Assembly (NCBI RefSeq): GCF_006345805.1
Contig: NW_021836298.1
Span: forward strand, 1 to 64,000
DNA length: 64,000 bases
Source: Octopus sinensis
Taxonomy: Eukaryota
Direction of reading: 5' to 3'
In this document: piece by piece, positions 38,851-53,600 of the stretch
Layout: each line of letters opens with the position of its first letter
How positions within the stretch are numbered: the first letter of the stretch is position 1
The notes under the pieces: generated by a model
The model's input: only the letters and a program-made list of their open reading frames with translations
The model's database searches: none
Told to the model about the DNA's origin: nothing
Position numbers and translations under genes: made by a program

Positions 38851-39306
38851 TTACTCCAAAAGAGATTATGACATCACAATTCCGAGAAATATCATCTGAA
38901 TACTATAATCTCTTCAATTCGACTTCCTTCACAATTGGTGTCGTATCGATCAAACGATGATATCTATAATAACTATCGATCTATTTAATTCGTATCTTGA
39001 TTTCCAGCAATTTCTTCATAAATTTCCCAGTATATTGATTTCTTCTTCCTGAAGCTGTCTTTTCTTTCTTTCTTCTTTCACTTCTCTTCTTCCTTTCTTA
39101 AGCTCATTCATTCATTCTTTCTTTCCTTCGTTTGTTTGACTTAGCGATTATTTATGATCTTTGATTTAAACATATTTGTCACATTTAGCTTACTGTTAAC
39201 AGTCTCATGAATCTCTCTGTATCTCTCTCACTATCTTAGATATATTATATATATAATACATATATATATATATATTATATGTATATATATATATATATAT
39301 ACACAC

Positions 39307-39414
<108 letters not shown>

Positions 39415-39486
39415 GAAATAAGTAATAATGATGTCAAGGCATTAGACCACTACGGCTGTTTCAAGCAGCCCCATTTAGTATCAGTG

Positions 39487-39526
<40 letters not shown>

Positions 39527-40983
39527 TCTCTATTATATATATATATTTCTTAAAAATCAGCATGAAAAAGCCGTGTATTTCCAAAAATACTTACTCCTTT
39601 CCTTATATATTTTCTCAGTTTATGGCGATGATAATCATTGATTTCACAATTAACATCTCATATTTCACGTGCCTTCAACGAGATCTTTACACAGTTCTTA
39701 TCCTTGTTTATGGAAAGTGCCACCAGCATGAACGAAGTGTACAATTTAACATATAGCATCTGTTTAGGGATTCTCTGATCATTAATCTGAAGAAGATGTC
39801 CTGTTCACCGTAATTGGTGATGGTATATCATCATTATTCTCTGTGCTTTTATAATTTGACAAATCCAACCTCTCTTCTCTGGGCAACATATTTTCCTTTT
39901 GATGCTTTTAAAATATGAAAATTCCTTGACAGTCATTGACCAGAACAAGATGAAGATCTCAGTCAGTAAAGGAATTTGTCTGGGGTCATCAAAGTTTGAA
40001 GTTACTCTTTTTAGTTTTATAAAGTCACTAAAAGTCTTACGTTTTCTCAATTTATAGAAAACTCGCTCTTTTATAAATCAGTTTATTGGCTATTCATTAA
40101 ATGTTAAATTAAATTTGCTCCAGCTGGTCTATATAAACAGTAACCTACTGTTTTGAACAACTTTACTATTTTGTTGTGTGTTATTTACTCACATATAATG
40201 TGTGAATATTTCAACCCCAGCTATTCAAGCAAAAATCAGAAGCATTATTTAGAATAATTTGGTTTTAAAACGAAACATTTTAAATAATAATTTTCTGAAT
40301 GAAGTCCTTTTTTTTTCTATTTCAAATACCTTTTTTATTTAATTTCAATATTTGTCCCCTTCAATCAGAAAAGAATCCAGTAAGGCGTGGATAATGCTTA
40401 TGAGTCTTCCTTTCCCCTTCGACAAAAGTCTGCTCGGTAGAGCTTCCTGTCACATCTTATAATGTACATAAAGGTCTCATGTGTTTTACTTATTTAATCT
40501 TGGTCTCTGCTGTAAGAACTTGAAATCTAATTTCAAATTAAAATAACAGTGGAGTAGTATGAAGGTAAATATTGTAGGGAAGAATTGTACTCTTCCTTTA
40601 TCTGAATTTATTTAAAAGGAGTTATTTGAAATCACATGGAATTATAATAACCAATGTTGCACCATTATTTTATTCTGACAGGATTTTTCAGAACAATTAT
40701 TAAATACATAAATTGCTGATTTGCTTTTACAATGTACAATCGGTAAGTTTTGTTTTCTACTGAGAAAAATTGCAGTAATTAGTAAATAACGATGATCCTG
40801 AAGTAAGAATATTAAAAAAATTGTATACTGCACTCACAAACCCCTGAATTTTCATTCAACAGCCTCCACTTTGGAGAGTCCTGTCTTAAACCACAACAGG
40901 ACAAAGTGAGATATCCTTAGATACATCATATATTATATAGAAAGAAATACTATCTCTGTAGGATATATAAAGGGAAAAGACAT

Positions 40984-41034
<51 letters not shown>

Positions 41035-41455
41035 AGGCATTCTATTCTAAACTAAAAATGAAGGTAGATAACTATCAATATAGCAGAAGATATTAAAGCT
41101 GTCTATATAGCCATGGGGTTGTTTAGGGAGGGGATTAGATATACAACAACAACAACAACAACAATAAATGAACATTTCAAAGTTTATCTTTATTTCAGAA
41201 GTTAATCTTTAAGAAGAAAGGAGCCAAACCAGTAAGGTAATGTTATATGGTAGAGAGATCTTCTAGAATTAGTACCTAAATCCTCCTCAATTCACAATTA
41301 TCACTTTAAAGAAGGACAGATAGGACAACGTGGTTCTGGGTTCTCTACATTAAGGATAAAGCCAGGAGAGCCCTGGCTAGAAGACATTTGATTATAGGTC
41401 TCTGCTTGGTCGCGATTGACCTCGGATGAGACAATTACATCATTTACACAAAATT

Positions 41456-41658
41456 TTACATCATATGAGGTAGATATTCGAGTGCATCGAAACACTCACA
41501 TTTCTCAAGAGCTTCTCTGAGTGTTCTGTGTGTTCGTGTCTCTGGATCACAAGTTGTAAACCATCTCCGCAGCATCTGGAAGCTCTGTTCAACGGTGTCA
41601 AGAGGATTGTCATTTTTGATGATTTCCAATCGAACAGTTTTAATTCCTAATTCTCTTC
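41456..41658 (-). CDS. Copy B terminal Death-domain exon
   Basis: [67 protein letters not shown]: LG, ML-x2-W and L-x2-AL Death-domain motifs. Confidence 0.9.
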
Positions 41659-44600
41659 CTGCAAAACATACAACAGTTAGAAATAACTGCAACAACATTA
41701 ACAATATTATAAAAGATGTTTACTGTAGTTTGTTATAAATACAACAAAGGCATTATGTCCATAGAGGAATGAGAAGTAGTTAAGAAACATAAAATATATA
41801 AGACATCGTTCTCTATTTCTAAGAACGCTGATTAAATAATAACAAAGAGGTTGAAGTACAGGATGGAAATTGTGAAGATTTTAAAGAGAATTAATTGTAA
41901 ATTACATTTGAGAATATGGTAAAGAGATGGCAGGAGAAGTGTTTGTGGGGGCAAAAGTATATGAGAACCTAGAAAATCAACATAGACGACCAACAGTCAA
42001 ACCATTTGATCCATCTGTCCATTCCACTGGTCAATATTCCTGGGAGGGTTTGGGGGTAGAGGCCTCCTCCATAGGGTCCCATCAGATGCAACCATCGTAA
42101 GACGTTTTGGTTGGTTTCCTAAGCGCAAACAACTAAGACTATGAATATGATCCAACCATTTCGTTTTTAGTCTACCCCTAGGTCTTCTACTCCATTGGTT
42201 TTGTTTTAGGAATCTCTCCTTTAATTTGTTCTTGCGACATTCCGATCATATGTTTGTAGTACCAGAGATGTGAACATGAAGAGACTCCCATATTTCTGAA
42301 CTATACATTCTATTGAGTAATGTTACTCTAAAGACCCATAAATGGAATCTCATTCTTACTGTTTGATAACATCCTATGATCAATGACTAAAGCATATCAC
42401 GATTTAGAAATATCTTGATTGATTTTCTGGATTGAACTCTCAGAAAAAACTAGGTACATCTGAACTAATTAAAATACGAAAAGACAAGATACAAAAATGA
42501 CCTCAACGTATTATATTTTGTCCATCTGTTTGGCTTTCACTTTTCAATTCCTTCAATTTTTTTCCGATTGATTTCAAATTTCATGTATTGATGTAGAGTT
42601 GTATGCTAATTATGGAAATGAAATTCACTTTCCCCATAATTTAATAAATAAAAACTTAACAGCTTTTAAATCTACAAATTTTGTATTGTACTTTAGTCAC
42701 TCGAAATCCACAAATGCATTGGCACCCGTTTCCATGGTATCAAGCGAAGGTGTTGTGTAGCCTCCTTACTCGTCTGTTACCTTTTATTCTTGCTTTTACA
42801 CGTCTGTTGTTGTCACTCTGAAACTTCCCCTTCTAAGGTTGGCTCGTGTCTCTGCGAGTTTATTTGGCACAGGGATTACGGAAATTGGCAGGAATTCTGG
42901 TTTTATTATCCCCACATAATCCCAAATAACTTTCTGTATTTTGGGGGATTTTCAGAAACTGATTGCAAATTTGTGTTCTATACATGGGAATTATAAAATT
43001 ATGAAGTAAAAATCTGTGTGAGTTAAGTTAAGTTAATTTTTTGGCTCAAAAGCAAAAAGCAAGGCCATGTAGGGGGACATGTAGTTAAGTACAGGGTGGT
43101 GTTCATGTAAAGAGTTCAGGCCACTTGAGGTCAAGGGAGACTTTGAACAAAGCGGTCGTCGGCATCTTCACCATCTTGTCTGTTAATGGCGATTTAGCTG
43201 TTGTTTTTAGCACATCTCCTGACCACCTGACATCTTCCTCGTTTCCTTGCTACTATGACATGTATTGATGTTTTTCAATATTTTTCCTCCCATAAACTCA
43301 TTAAATGGAATGATCATGCAGTGAAGGGTGGTCCGTTGCTGGGATTTAGGCAAAGAATTCGGACAAACTCTGTATTTCAAACTCTGATTTGAAAAACAAA
43401 AAAATTGAAAAAGTGTATAAATTTTAGGATGTATGAAGGTAAGGGATTAATAAATGTTTTGAAATAAGTTTGCTTAATCATAGGAATTCCCGTGAGTAGG
43501 ACTCAAATTTGCAAACATTTTCTCAAAACTCCAAAAAATAAAAAAAAAATATATAGGTTCAAATGGGTGCTTAAATCAGAATTTTCTGTTACAAACTCCT
43601 AAACTGCGTCGCAAACTTTCGTTATTTTTTCGTAATTCAACATTCCCATTTAGTTTATATTGTTTTTTTCTCGTTTTTCTAATTTTTCTCATACCTGTTA
43701 TGATATTTCACATAAGTTAATTGATTAAAACTTATTAAAACTTCCGTCGTTGAATTTTTTGTCGTCGTAATGTCGTCATCTGTTGTCGCTGTTTTGTGAT
43801 CCCGCTCAAAATGCTTTCTTCCAAATCCTGTTTTCTCATTGGGTAAAAATTATCAAAATTTGATCTGCTAACATTTTAAGAAATTTTTCTGGAACAAGTG
43901 AATAAGATCAGGTTCAGTATGAAACAATATATCAATAGTTTCCCCTTGATTTTCAAATTTCAAAAGTTAAAGCAAAAAAAAAAAGAATGATACGCATTTC
44001 TTTCACGGTGTCAATGCCATGATTTAGAGAGAAATCAATAATGGATCGGTGTTATGATAAAGCTAGAAATGAGAAGAGATTTAGTTAGTAGGAAAGAAGG
44101 CAGGACCCACCAACCTCTACGTTATTCACCTACATAGAATAAGCCACTATATGTGGGTGATGCCTGGTACACTACTAGATGGACACTGGACAGTGGAGAG
44201 GCTACATGTCTCCCAATATACACAGAAAGCTATGAGAAAGGACCATTTAATGATGCCGTCCTGTACTCTCAAATATGTCCCCTATCTATTATTATCAAAA
44301 CTGCTGACATCGGTGGATATTTTCTGAGTCACTTTAAAGAATCACTTTAAAGCTAACCTTTCAATTGGATAGAAGGAATGAGATCTTTTTTTCAGTCTGA
44401 AACTTATATAAATCAATTAGGTACTCTTATTTTATACTCACCGACTTGTTGCCATTTTCCCCCTAAATTTTGTGCGACATCTTGGAGAAACTTTTCATCT
44501 AACACTGGAGACTCTGAAATAAATATTCCGAAATTAGATACTTAAAGTTAATTTTCTTTATTAATAATCTATATTTATTATTGTGAGAAATTCCTATCAT

Positions 44601-47600
44601 AATTGGTCAACTGGTGACCGCTATGGTTTCGGTCAGCATTATACTTTCCACGGAGGCCTCATATAATAGCTCAATACTAAGGCCCACATCAAAATACACT
44701 AACCTTTCTAAATTTCCTATCTCTATTACGGCTTCTTAAATAGTGTAATAATGTTACTATTATCTCATTTAATTATCACAGTATTTTGTTAGTTTTGTAT
44801 TTCTTCCATTACATCTGTGCGAAATCTATGACATGGCATTGGCCTCTGGCGTCTAGACTTCACTAACCAACTCTCTTCTCATTTGCTTAATTCCAATATT
44901 AACCCAGTTTGCCGTCAAACATGCAGCCACAAACACATGGCACCTCACACCAAGTAGAATAGACATGCATCTGCTAACGTTGCTGTTGGTAATCTTTAAC
45001 TAACATCACGGTTCACCATCTGATTCAGGAAATATTTGAAGACTCCTTCTTAAAGCAGCTTTTTTAAAAGCGAGAGAAATGATTAGTTCTACACAGGTGG
45101 AACACAAACTGTCCACATCACTGTACACCGGAATGTTATGTAACTCAAGAAATATTTGCAAATATTTGAACGCCATACATTCTCCATAATAAGGGCATTT
45201 TGTTCAGGTGGGTAATGGTTAGATTCTGCACAGGGGGAGCAAAAGCATGATGTGTCTTAAAACCCTGTACACCGTCTCACACATTATTGTATGAAAACAT
45301 TTGAAAAGTATTCGAGGAGGTACCTGATAAAAACTGGAATTTTGCAATATTATTTTATTCACTTAGCTTTACACGCTTACACTTTTACAGCCCTCAAAGT
45401 ATTATCCATTTGAAGCAATCCTCGGCCCAGAAGCTATAATATGAAGCTGTAATATTATACTCACCAACTGGCTTTGTTGTAGAGGATGTAGGCTCTGACA
45501 CCTTCGAGAATTTCCCATGCGTTGGAGCCTCTGAAAAAATATGTTCAAGTTTCAGGCATTAAAGTTTCGTTATCATTCATAATCTATATTTTATTGTTGT
45601 GAGATATTCTTATCGTCCATAATCAACTGGTGAGCACTATTTTTTCCACCAACATTTCTATACTTTTTACTGTGATCCTATTAAATGCGCCAAATGTAGG
45701 ACCGTGTAATAACCCAATATATAGGTCTACTACTAAATAGACTGACCTTCCTAAATCTCCTCGCACTATTAAGACATCCTACATAATCTAACACTATTGC
45801 ACTTATCTCATTTAATAATCACTTGTTAACACTGCTAATCTCCTTCTTATATTTAATCTAATCTATGACATGATTGTCCTCTCATCTCTAGACTTCACTA
45901 ATCAACATTCTTCTCGTTTTCTACTTAATTCCATGACAACCAAATTGGTCCTCAAAAATCGGACCACAAAACCATGACACATCGTTTCAGGTAGGATAAA
46001 CATAACCCCGCTCTCTTTTTTAAAGGTCACTGTTGGCAAACTTTAATTTTAACTGACCACATCACACTTCATCAGAATATCATCTGAATAAGGAAATATT
46101 TGAAAATATTTCAATGTCATTCATTTTCCTTAATAAACGACTTTTTTTTCAGGTGAGCAATGATTAGTTCTACAACGGTGGAGAGGTAAGCGATAACAGG
46201 TATCCTGAAACACTACTTTTGTACAAAACATCCTTAACAACAAAATCACTGTTCATTATTACAAAGGGGTTATATCCAAATTGAGAACTGACAATTTATT
46301 CTGAAGAATATATAAACAAAATCGAACTGGAAACATGAAATTTTGCATTTTTTTAGTAGTTTTGAATTATCAGTTGTTTTCTGTCCATCTTCAGCTTTGC
46401 CATGGTCTCACTACCCCAGTATGTATCAGTCAACAAGATAGCGTACCACCATCTTTAACTTTTGGTTTGTCTTTAACTTTTGGCATGAGTTCTCCTGCCG
46501 TTCGTAACTTCCCTTGCTCCAGCTGACCATTCACAAATTATAGACTGCATTACTTATTTGCTTGAAACCACATTCTTGACTAAGTACTAACTCTATGGAG
46601 TCTACTAACCAGAACTATTTGCATATCCTTTTAGTCTCTTGTTAGTATTGTTATGTCAGCCATGAATATCTTTCCGTTGAGCAATTTCTTCTGGACATTC
46701 TGTTAATCTAAGTAGCATAACTATAAAGATCACCAACCAACTGATATTGTGCAACCTACAGCTATTCCAGATCCAGAACCTGGCAGTCTTTTGTGAACTT
46801 TTATCCTATGAAACACATTTTGAAACTGTTATAGCATCTCATCATCAGATCCTTAATCTCCTCCCATTTATTAAAGAAATTCCTTGTTTCCATCAACAAT
46901 GTGTGTGGTACAGAACCATAAGCATTAGCCAGATCAAGCCATACTACATCCGAATCTCTTTTATTCTTCTTTGCTTTTTATATGGCATCCCAGATTTAAA
47001 ATGCATGTTCTACACACCAGACATTTTCCGGATTCTAGTCTTCTGGACATTTTCTGTCGTATAACCATTATTTTGCTGACATGTAGCTGATTTCATAGCA
47101 AGTACACCCATGTAAATCTTGCCATTCAAGATTGAAATTGGCTTCAATTGGCCACTTAGTTCTGCATTAACTTACTTTGATGAATAAAATCCTTTTGTCT
47201 TGCACCATTCATCAATCAGTCCACCTTTATCCCACAACTCTCTAAATAGTAATTAATGCTTATAACACCTGGGCACAACATTTGTACACGTTCTATGGTA
47301 CACAATCACCTCCCGTTGCAATCTCCGTTCTTGCCTTCTTCACTAAGCTTTATACTTGTTTCTTGCTGAAATCGCAAAGCTGAAATATTTGATTACTGGT
47401 TTCATTGGACATTTCAAACCAAACATGAGCAGGTAAAGATGACTTCGCTTGGGATCATTGTATATCTGCCGTATATTCTTGTTCACTTCATCTTTAGTGC
47501 ATTATAATCTCCCCCACTTAACATCGGCAAAAATATCCTAGTACCATCAGAAGGGTTCTTAAGGAGCTTTTATCTAAGGTGTTCACTATCCTTTCTTCTT

Positions 47601-50600
47601 TCAACCCGTCCGATGTCTCTTTGAATGTATTTGATTGTATTGTATCATACAGCCTCTATGAAGTTTGAAGAAAGGGAAAGAGACAACGGTTTTCTGAGCA
47701 GCAAACCAACGTCTTCCACTTGAAAAAAAAAATGTTTACTGGATGCAATGATAGATTTATTATCAGTGAAAAACGACAGGGTGTTCATATTTGGAGCGCA
47801 TTTCATTGTAAGTCTGCCAGATTATGAGCGACATCAGCTAAAATAACAACAATAACTTGTCAGTAAACATTTAAAAAATATAAAACAAACAAAACCTTTG
47901 TCATTACCTCACCTGTTAAACCACAACATATATTATTTGGCTGCTCCAAAAGAGAACCTGAAATCTATTTTGCTTCTAATTTATCCATTTCACCAACCAT
48001 GCTAACCTGATTGGATACTTTATTAAATGTCAATAGTATCGATATGTTTAATATGATTAGTTTAATGCTAAAACTTCCCATTGACAGGTAAGCATGGAAG
48101 CTGATCTTTATCATTCTGATATCAAAATAGTTCAGCAGAGAATAAACCTTACAGAAATCAATCAAGTGCTGTTATTTTATACTCACCTACAGGTTCAGCC
48201 AGTGTCTGTGTTTCCTTGACTTCAAATGTTCGATTCACTGAAATGAATATTTCCAAGTTTTAAACATTATAGAAAAATTTCTCTATCTTTATTAATAATC
48301 TATATTTTATATCAGAGATTTCTTTCATAGATAATCAACTGTTGAAGACAATGGTTTTGGTTAGAATGTTTATAGTTTCAACAGGATTACCCTGTAATTT
48401 CAATATTTACACTGCCTTCCAAAATTTCCTTTATCTTTTGAGACAGTCGACATAATCTAACAACTGTGTCATTATTTCATTTAATTATCACTTGATAACA
48501 CCAATTTTTTATTAGGTTTGTCTTTCCTTTCTTATATCTGCACTGAACATATGACGTGAAATTGTGCCCTCACTTCTGCCCTTCTCTAACCAACATTATT
48601 CTCAGCTTTGCTTAATTCCAATGGCAACCAGTTTGGTTATCCATGATCTAACCATAAACACATTACACACACCACTTTAAGTGGTAGAATGGAAGTGATT
48701 CTGAAGACTCTAGGATATTTCTGACAACCCTCTTCTATATATCAACCAAACTTCCGTCTCTCCTTTGATGTCTCCTTAATCAATGCGGTGCCTCTGAAGG
48801 GGCTGAGAACTCAGTTCAATGAAATCTGAGGGGACGAAAATGCTTTATAAAATACATCTAATTAGTGTCAAATACGTATACAGAAATGTTCGACAACATA
48901 GTGTTTCCTATGAAATGAAGCAAAAATACAATACCATCAAAACTTACTGAAACATAGGGACTATAATCACGGTTCGTATGGAGTGGTCTTGTAACAAAGA
49001 AAACAGGGTCCTCTTATAGCTCCTGTATATTCTTGCTCACTTCATCTTTATTTCGTTATAATCTGCTGCTCTTAGCGGCTGCAAAAAGAATCCTAGCACC
49101 GTAAGCAGGGTTCTTAAGGAGCTGCTATCTAAAGTGTTCACTATCCTTTCTTCTTTCAACCCGTCCGATGTCTCTTTGAATGTATTTGATTGTATTGTAT
49201 CATACAGCCTCTATGAAGTTTGAAGAAAGGGAAAGAGACAACGGTTTTCTGAGCAGCAAACGAATGTCTTCCACTTGAATAAAGACAATGTTTACTGGAT
49301 GCAATGATAGATTTATTATCAGTGAAAAATAAGAGGGTGGTCATATTTGGAACTCGTTTCATTGTAAGTCTGCCAGATTATGAGAGACATCAGCTAAAAT
49401 AACAAGAATATCTTGTCAGTAAACATTTTTAAAATACAGGCGTAGGAGTGGCTGTGTGGTAAGTATCTTGCTTACGAACTAGATGGTTCTGGGTTCAGTC
49501 CCACTGTGTGGCACCTTGGGCAAGTGTCTTCTTCTATATCTTCGAGCCAACCAAAGCCTTGTGAGTTGCTTTGGTAGACAGGAACTGAAAGAAGCCCGTC
49601 GTATGTATGTATGTATGTATGTATGTATGTGTGTATGTGTTTGTCCTCCCAACATTGCTTGACAACCGGTGCTGGTGTGTTTCCGTCTAGGTAATGCATC
49701 GGTTTGGCTAAAGAGACCGATAGAATAAGTACTAGGCTTACAAAGAATAAGTCCTAGGGTCGATTTGCTCGACTAAAAAGGTGTTGCTCCAGCATGGAGA
49801 CAGTCTGAAACGAGTTAAAGAGTATAAAACAAACAAAACCTTTGTCATTACCTCACCTGTTAAACCACAACATATATTATTTGGCTGTTCCAAAAGAGAA
49901 CCTGAAATCTATTTTGCTTCTAATTTATCCATTTCACCAACCGTGCTAACCTGATTGGATACTTTATGAAACGTCAATAGTATCGATATGTTTAATATGA
50001 TTAGTTTAATGCTAAAACTTCCCATTGACAGGTAAGAATGGAAGCTGATCTTTATCATTCTGATATCAAAATAGTTCAGCAGAGAATAAACCTTACAGAA
50101 ATCAATCAAGTGCTGTTATTTTATACTCACCTACAGGTTCAGCCAATGTCTGTGTTTCCTTGACTTCAAATGTTCGATTCACTGAAATGAATATTTCCAA
50201 GTTTTAAACATTATAGAAAAATTTCTCTATCTTTATTAATAATCTATATTTTATATCAGGGATTCCTTTCATTGATGATCAACTGTTGAAGACAATAATT
50301 TTGGTAAGAATGTTTATAGTTTCAACAGGATTACCCTGTAATAGTTCAATATTTACACTGCCTTCCAAAATTTCCTTTATCTTTTGAGACATTCGACATA
50401 ATCTAACAACCGTGTCATTATTTCATTTAATTATCACTTGATAACACCAATCTTTTATTAGGTTTGTCTTTCCTTTCTTATATCTGCACTAAACATATGA
50501 CGTGAAATTGTGCCCTCACTTCTGCCCTTCTCTAACCAACATTATTCTCAGCTTTGCTTAATTCCAATGGCAACCAGTTTGGTTATCCATGATCTAACCA

Positions 50601-53600
50601 TTAACACATTACACACACCACTTTAAGTTGTATAAACACTCAAACCTGATCTCCTTCTTAAACATTACTGCATGTAATGATTAGTTTTCAACTTCCTGCA
50701 TCACTGTTCACCAGAATGTCAGCTGATGCATGAAATGCTTTAAATCACCTTAATAGAGCAGTGTTTATAAAGGTGAGTGAAGATTACTTCTACACAGGTG
50801 GAACAGAAAATGATAACAGGTGTCCTCAAAGAGGATACACTTGCACAAACTTCACTCTACTACAGGTAACTCTTCATCCTTACATTATAGCTGTGAAAAG
50901 ATCTGAAATGGTAGAATGGAAGTGATTCTGAAAACTCGAGGATATTTCTGACAACCCTCTTCTATATATCAACCAAACTTTCATCTCTCCTTTGATGTCC
51001 CCTTAATGCGGTGCCTCTGAATGGGCTGAGAACTCAGTTCAATCAAATCTGAGGGGACGAAATGGACATCTCTGTAGAAATATTTACCTGACAGAAAACG
51101 GTCGTCCTGATGTCGTAGTTAACAACATTACAAGGAATATGAAACCCTGCTCACACCCCATTCCACCATCACTGTTTTACCACATTTGTCACTAATGATC
51201 ATTGATGTTAACTAATTGAAAATGTTTCTAAAATGTTTTATAAAATACATCTAATTAGTGTCAAATACGTATACAGAAATGTTCCACAACATAGTGTTTC
51301 TTATGAAATGAAGCAAAAACACAATACCATCAAAACTTACTGAAACATAGGAACCATAATCACGGTTCGTATGGATGTGGTCATGTAACCAAGGAAAATT
51401 GTAAAACTACAGAGAGTAATAAGGTGTAGAATGTTACTCGAAGATGCTAAGTTCTGTTGAGGTTCTACAATTTGAGAAATGATCTACCAATGAAAAGAAG
51501 ATTCACAATATACAATATGATATTTAGAGGCCTCTGAAACTCGTTCCGGGTGTAAAAATCGCGTTTTTGACAATTTTCAACTCGCCAGTAAACCATGTGT
51601 CGTATTCAACAATGGATCGAAACTCATTCTCCAAGATTGTATACATCTACACTTTATTTGTTCAAAATCTCAAATTCTCTTCTTATCTTCTTCATAATTA
51701 ATTTTATTTTCCAATATGTGCTTTTTAACAAAATTGCACAGTTCTCTGACAAAACTTTTATCACACAAGGTTAATAAAAGTGACAGGACCAGCAAGTTCG
51801 AGGAGGGAGTACATTGATTACATCGACCCCAGTACACAACTGGTATTTTCCTATTGACCCTGAAGGGGTGAAAAGGCGAAGTCAACCTCGGCAGAATTTG
51901 AAATTAGAACCTAAAGACGGACGAAATGCAGTTAAGTGCATTAACGATTCTGCCAGGGGTCACCTTATCTATTATTTAATAATATTAAAGCGGCGAACTA
52001 GCAGAATCGGTGGCGTGCCGAACAAAATGCCTAGTGGCGTTTCATCCGTCTTCACGTTCTGAGTTTAAAATTCCACCGAGGTTGTCTTTGCCTTTTATTT
52101 TTTCAGGGTAAATAAAATAAGTACCAGTTTTGTACTGGGGTCGATATACTCGCCTCATTTCCTACCCTGAAAATGATCACACAAGATCAATAAAAGGGCA
52201 GATATAAGCCGCCTATTTGGTAAAAAGGATCTTATTTTACATATAAAAATTTATATTTTAAATCATATTATTTTCATACTGAAATGCTTATGGTATTAAG
52301 GTAAAACTCCTAATTACAATTTGAGATGTTATTGATTTACAATTCATTGATTACATATTAACAGACGATTATCTAAATAGATCATTATTATACGTTTTGT
52401 ATTTTTGATTGTAAAAATAACTAGATATAAACGATGACAACCGCTTCTGGATGAGAGCAGATCCTCAGGGGCCAGCTTATAAAACCTGGCTCTCTGTATC
52501 AGGTGCTCAAACCAATCAGATAATGTTTGGTTAGGGCACCCGACAAGCATTGCTACAGATCGAGGAACGCCGTGGCCGAAGTCATGCGTTGATTGGTGCA
52601 TGAAATTAATAAATCTTGGTTTTCATCTGAGAGTTCAATGATACAACCAATGTACCAATCATTTTCATTCGTGTATCCAACATATTTTCAGGACTTTAAC
52701 TTTGAAATATCTTGCTCAGATGCTGGCCTCTCCTCACCTAAAAGAGTGAAATTGTCATCAGCTGATATCTTCTTCGTTAGAAGATCAGATCTTGAAGAAG
52801 GTACGAAGCGGTGATGGGATCGTGTGCCAACTGATTTCACTGAGCTGCTGATTCGTGAAAGCAAATCGAAGCTGTTTTCATTTTGGATGACATCGGCTGC
52901 CGACATGTCAAAGAACATTATCTCTGGAATGCTTGCACATGCTCAGCCATACATCTTGCAACCTGTGAGAAAATGTCTTTCCTGGTTGCTTGTAGACTTG
53001 CTTTAATCAGCAACACATTTCTTCATCCTACTGATTCCCTCATATGTCCTTTTTCCACATGACATGGCAAAGAAATACGACTCCGCTTCAAGGCCTTGAT
53101 CATTCTGATGATGACAGAGATTTGTTTGGCGTCTCTAGTTCTTGTATTGGTCGGCTGCACCGTCACTGAAGTACAGGAGATGGTTTATGAATGGAAGTTC
53201 TGTCTTTATATGCGATATCACCCTCGTAATAAAAGCATGCACTATGGTGCTGTCATGTTTCAAACAATCAGATATGACACAGATTGAAGTGCATTGTGGG
53301 TTTGAACCAGTCTTATAACAGATCACGAATGGATGAATATATTGGCCTGGGAGATGTTCCGATGAAAACCTTGCTCCGAATCCTTCACTACAAAACTATA
53401 ATTTTCTGCCAAGTCTGACAATACTCTCGCATGATTTGATGTCAGATCATCTTTCTGATGAAAAAGGAGACTAGTTTGAGCCTTTGCTATGAAATGGGGT
53501 TGATGCAGAGTATCAAATACATTTTTAGCGGTTTGAAGGAAATCATTCACTGGGGAAGTTAGGCACATCAGGAAGGCCCAGTCCACATAAATCCTCGTTA

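Larger units (their letters stand above)
47470..51395. repeat. Recent tandem duplication inside gene B (47470-49000 and 49025-51395)
   Basis: Collinear, highly similar copies; copy 2 has a SINE insertion, copy 1 has two deletions. Confidence 0.9.

Noticed and set aside
51790-52150. Head-to-head inverted SINE pair as a notable dsRNA element
   Set aside because: Old, considerably diverged copies of a very common SINE; expected by chance at this density.
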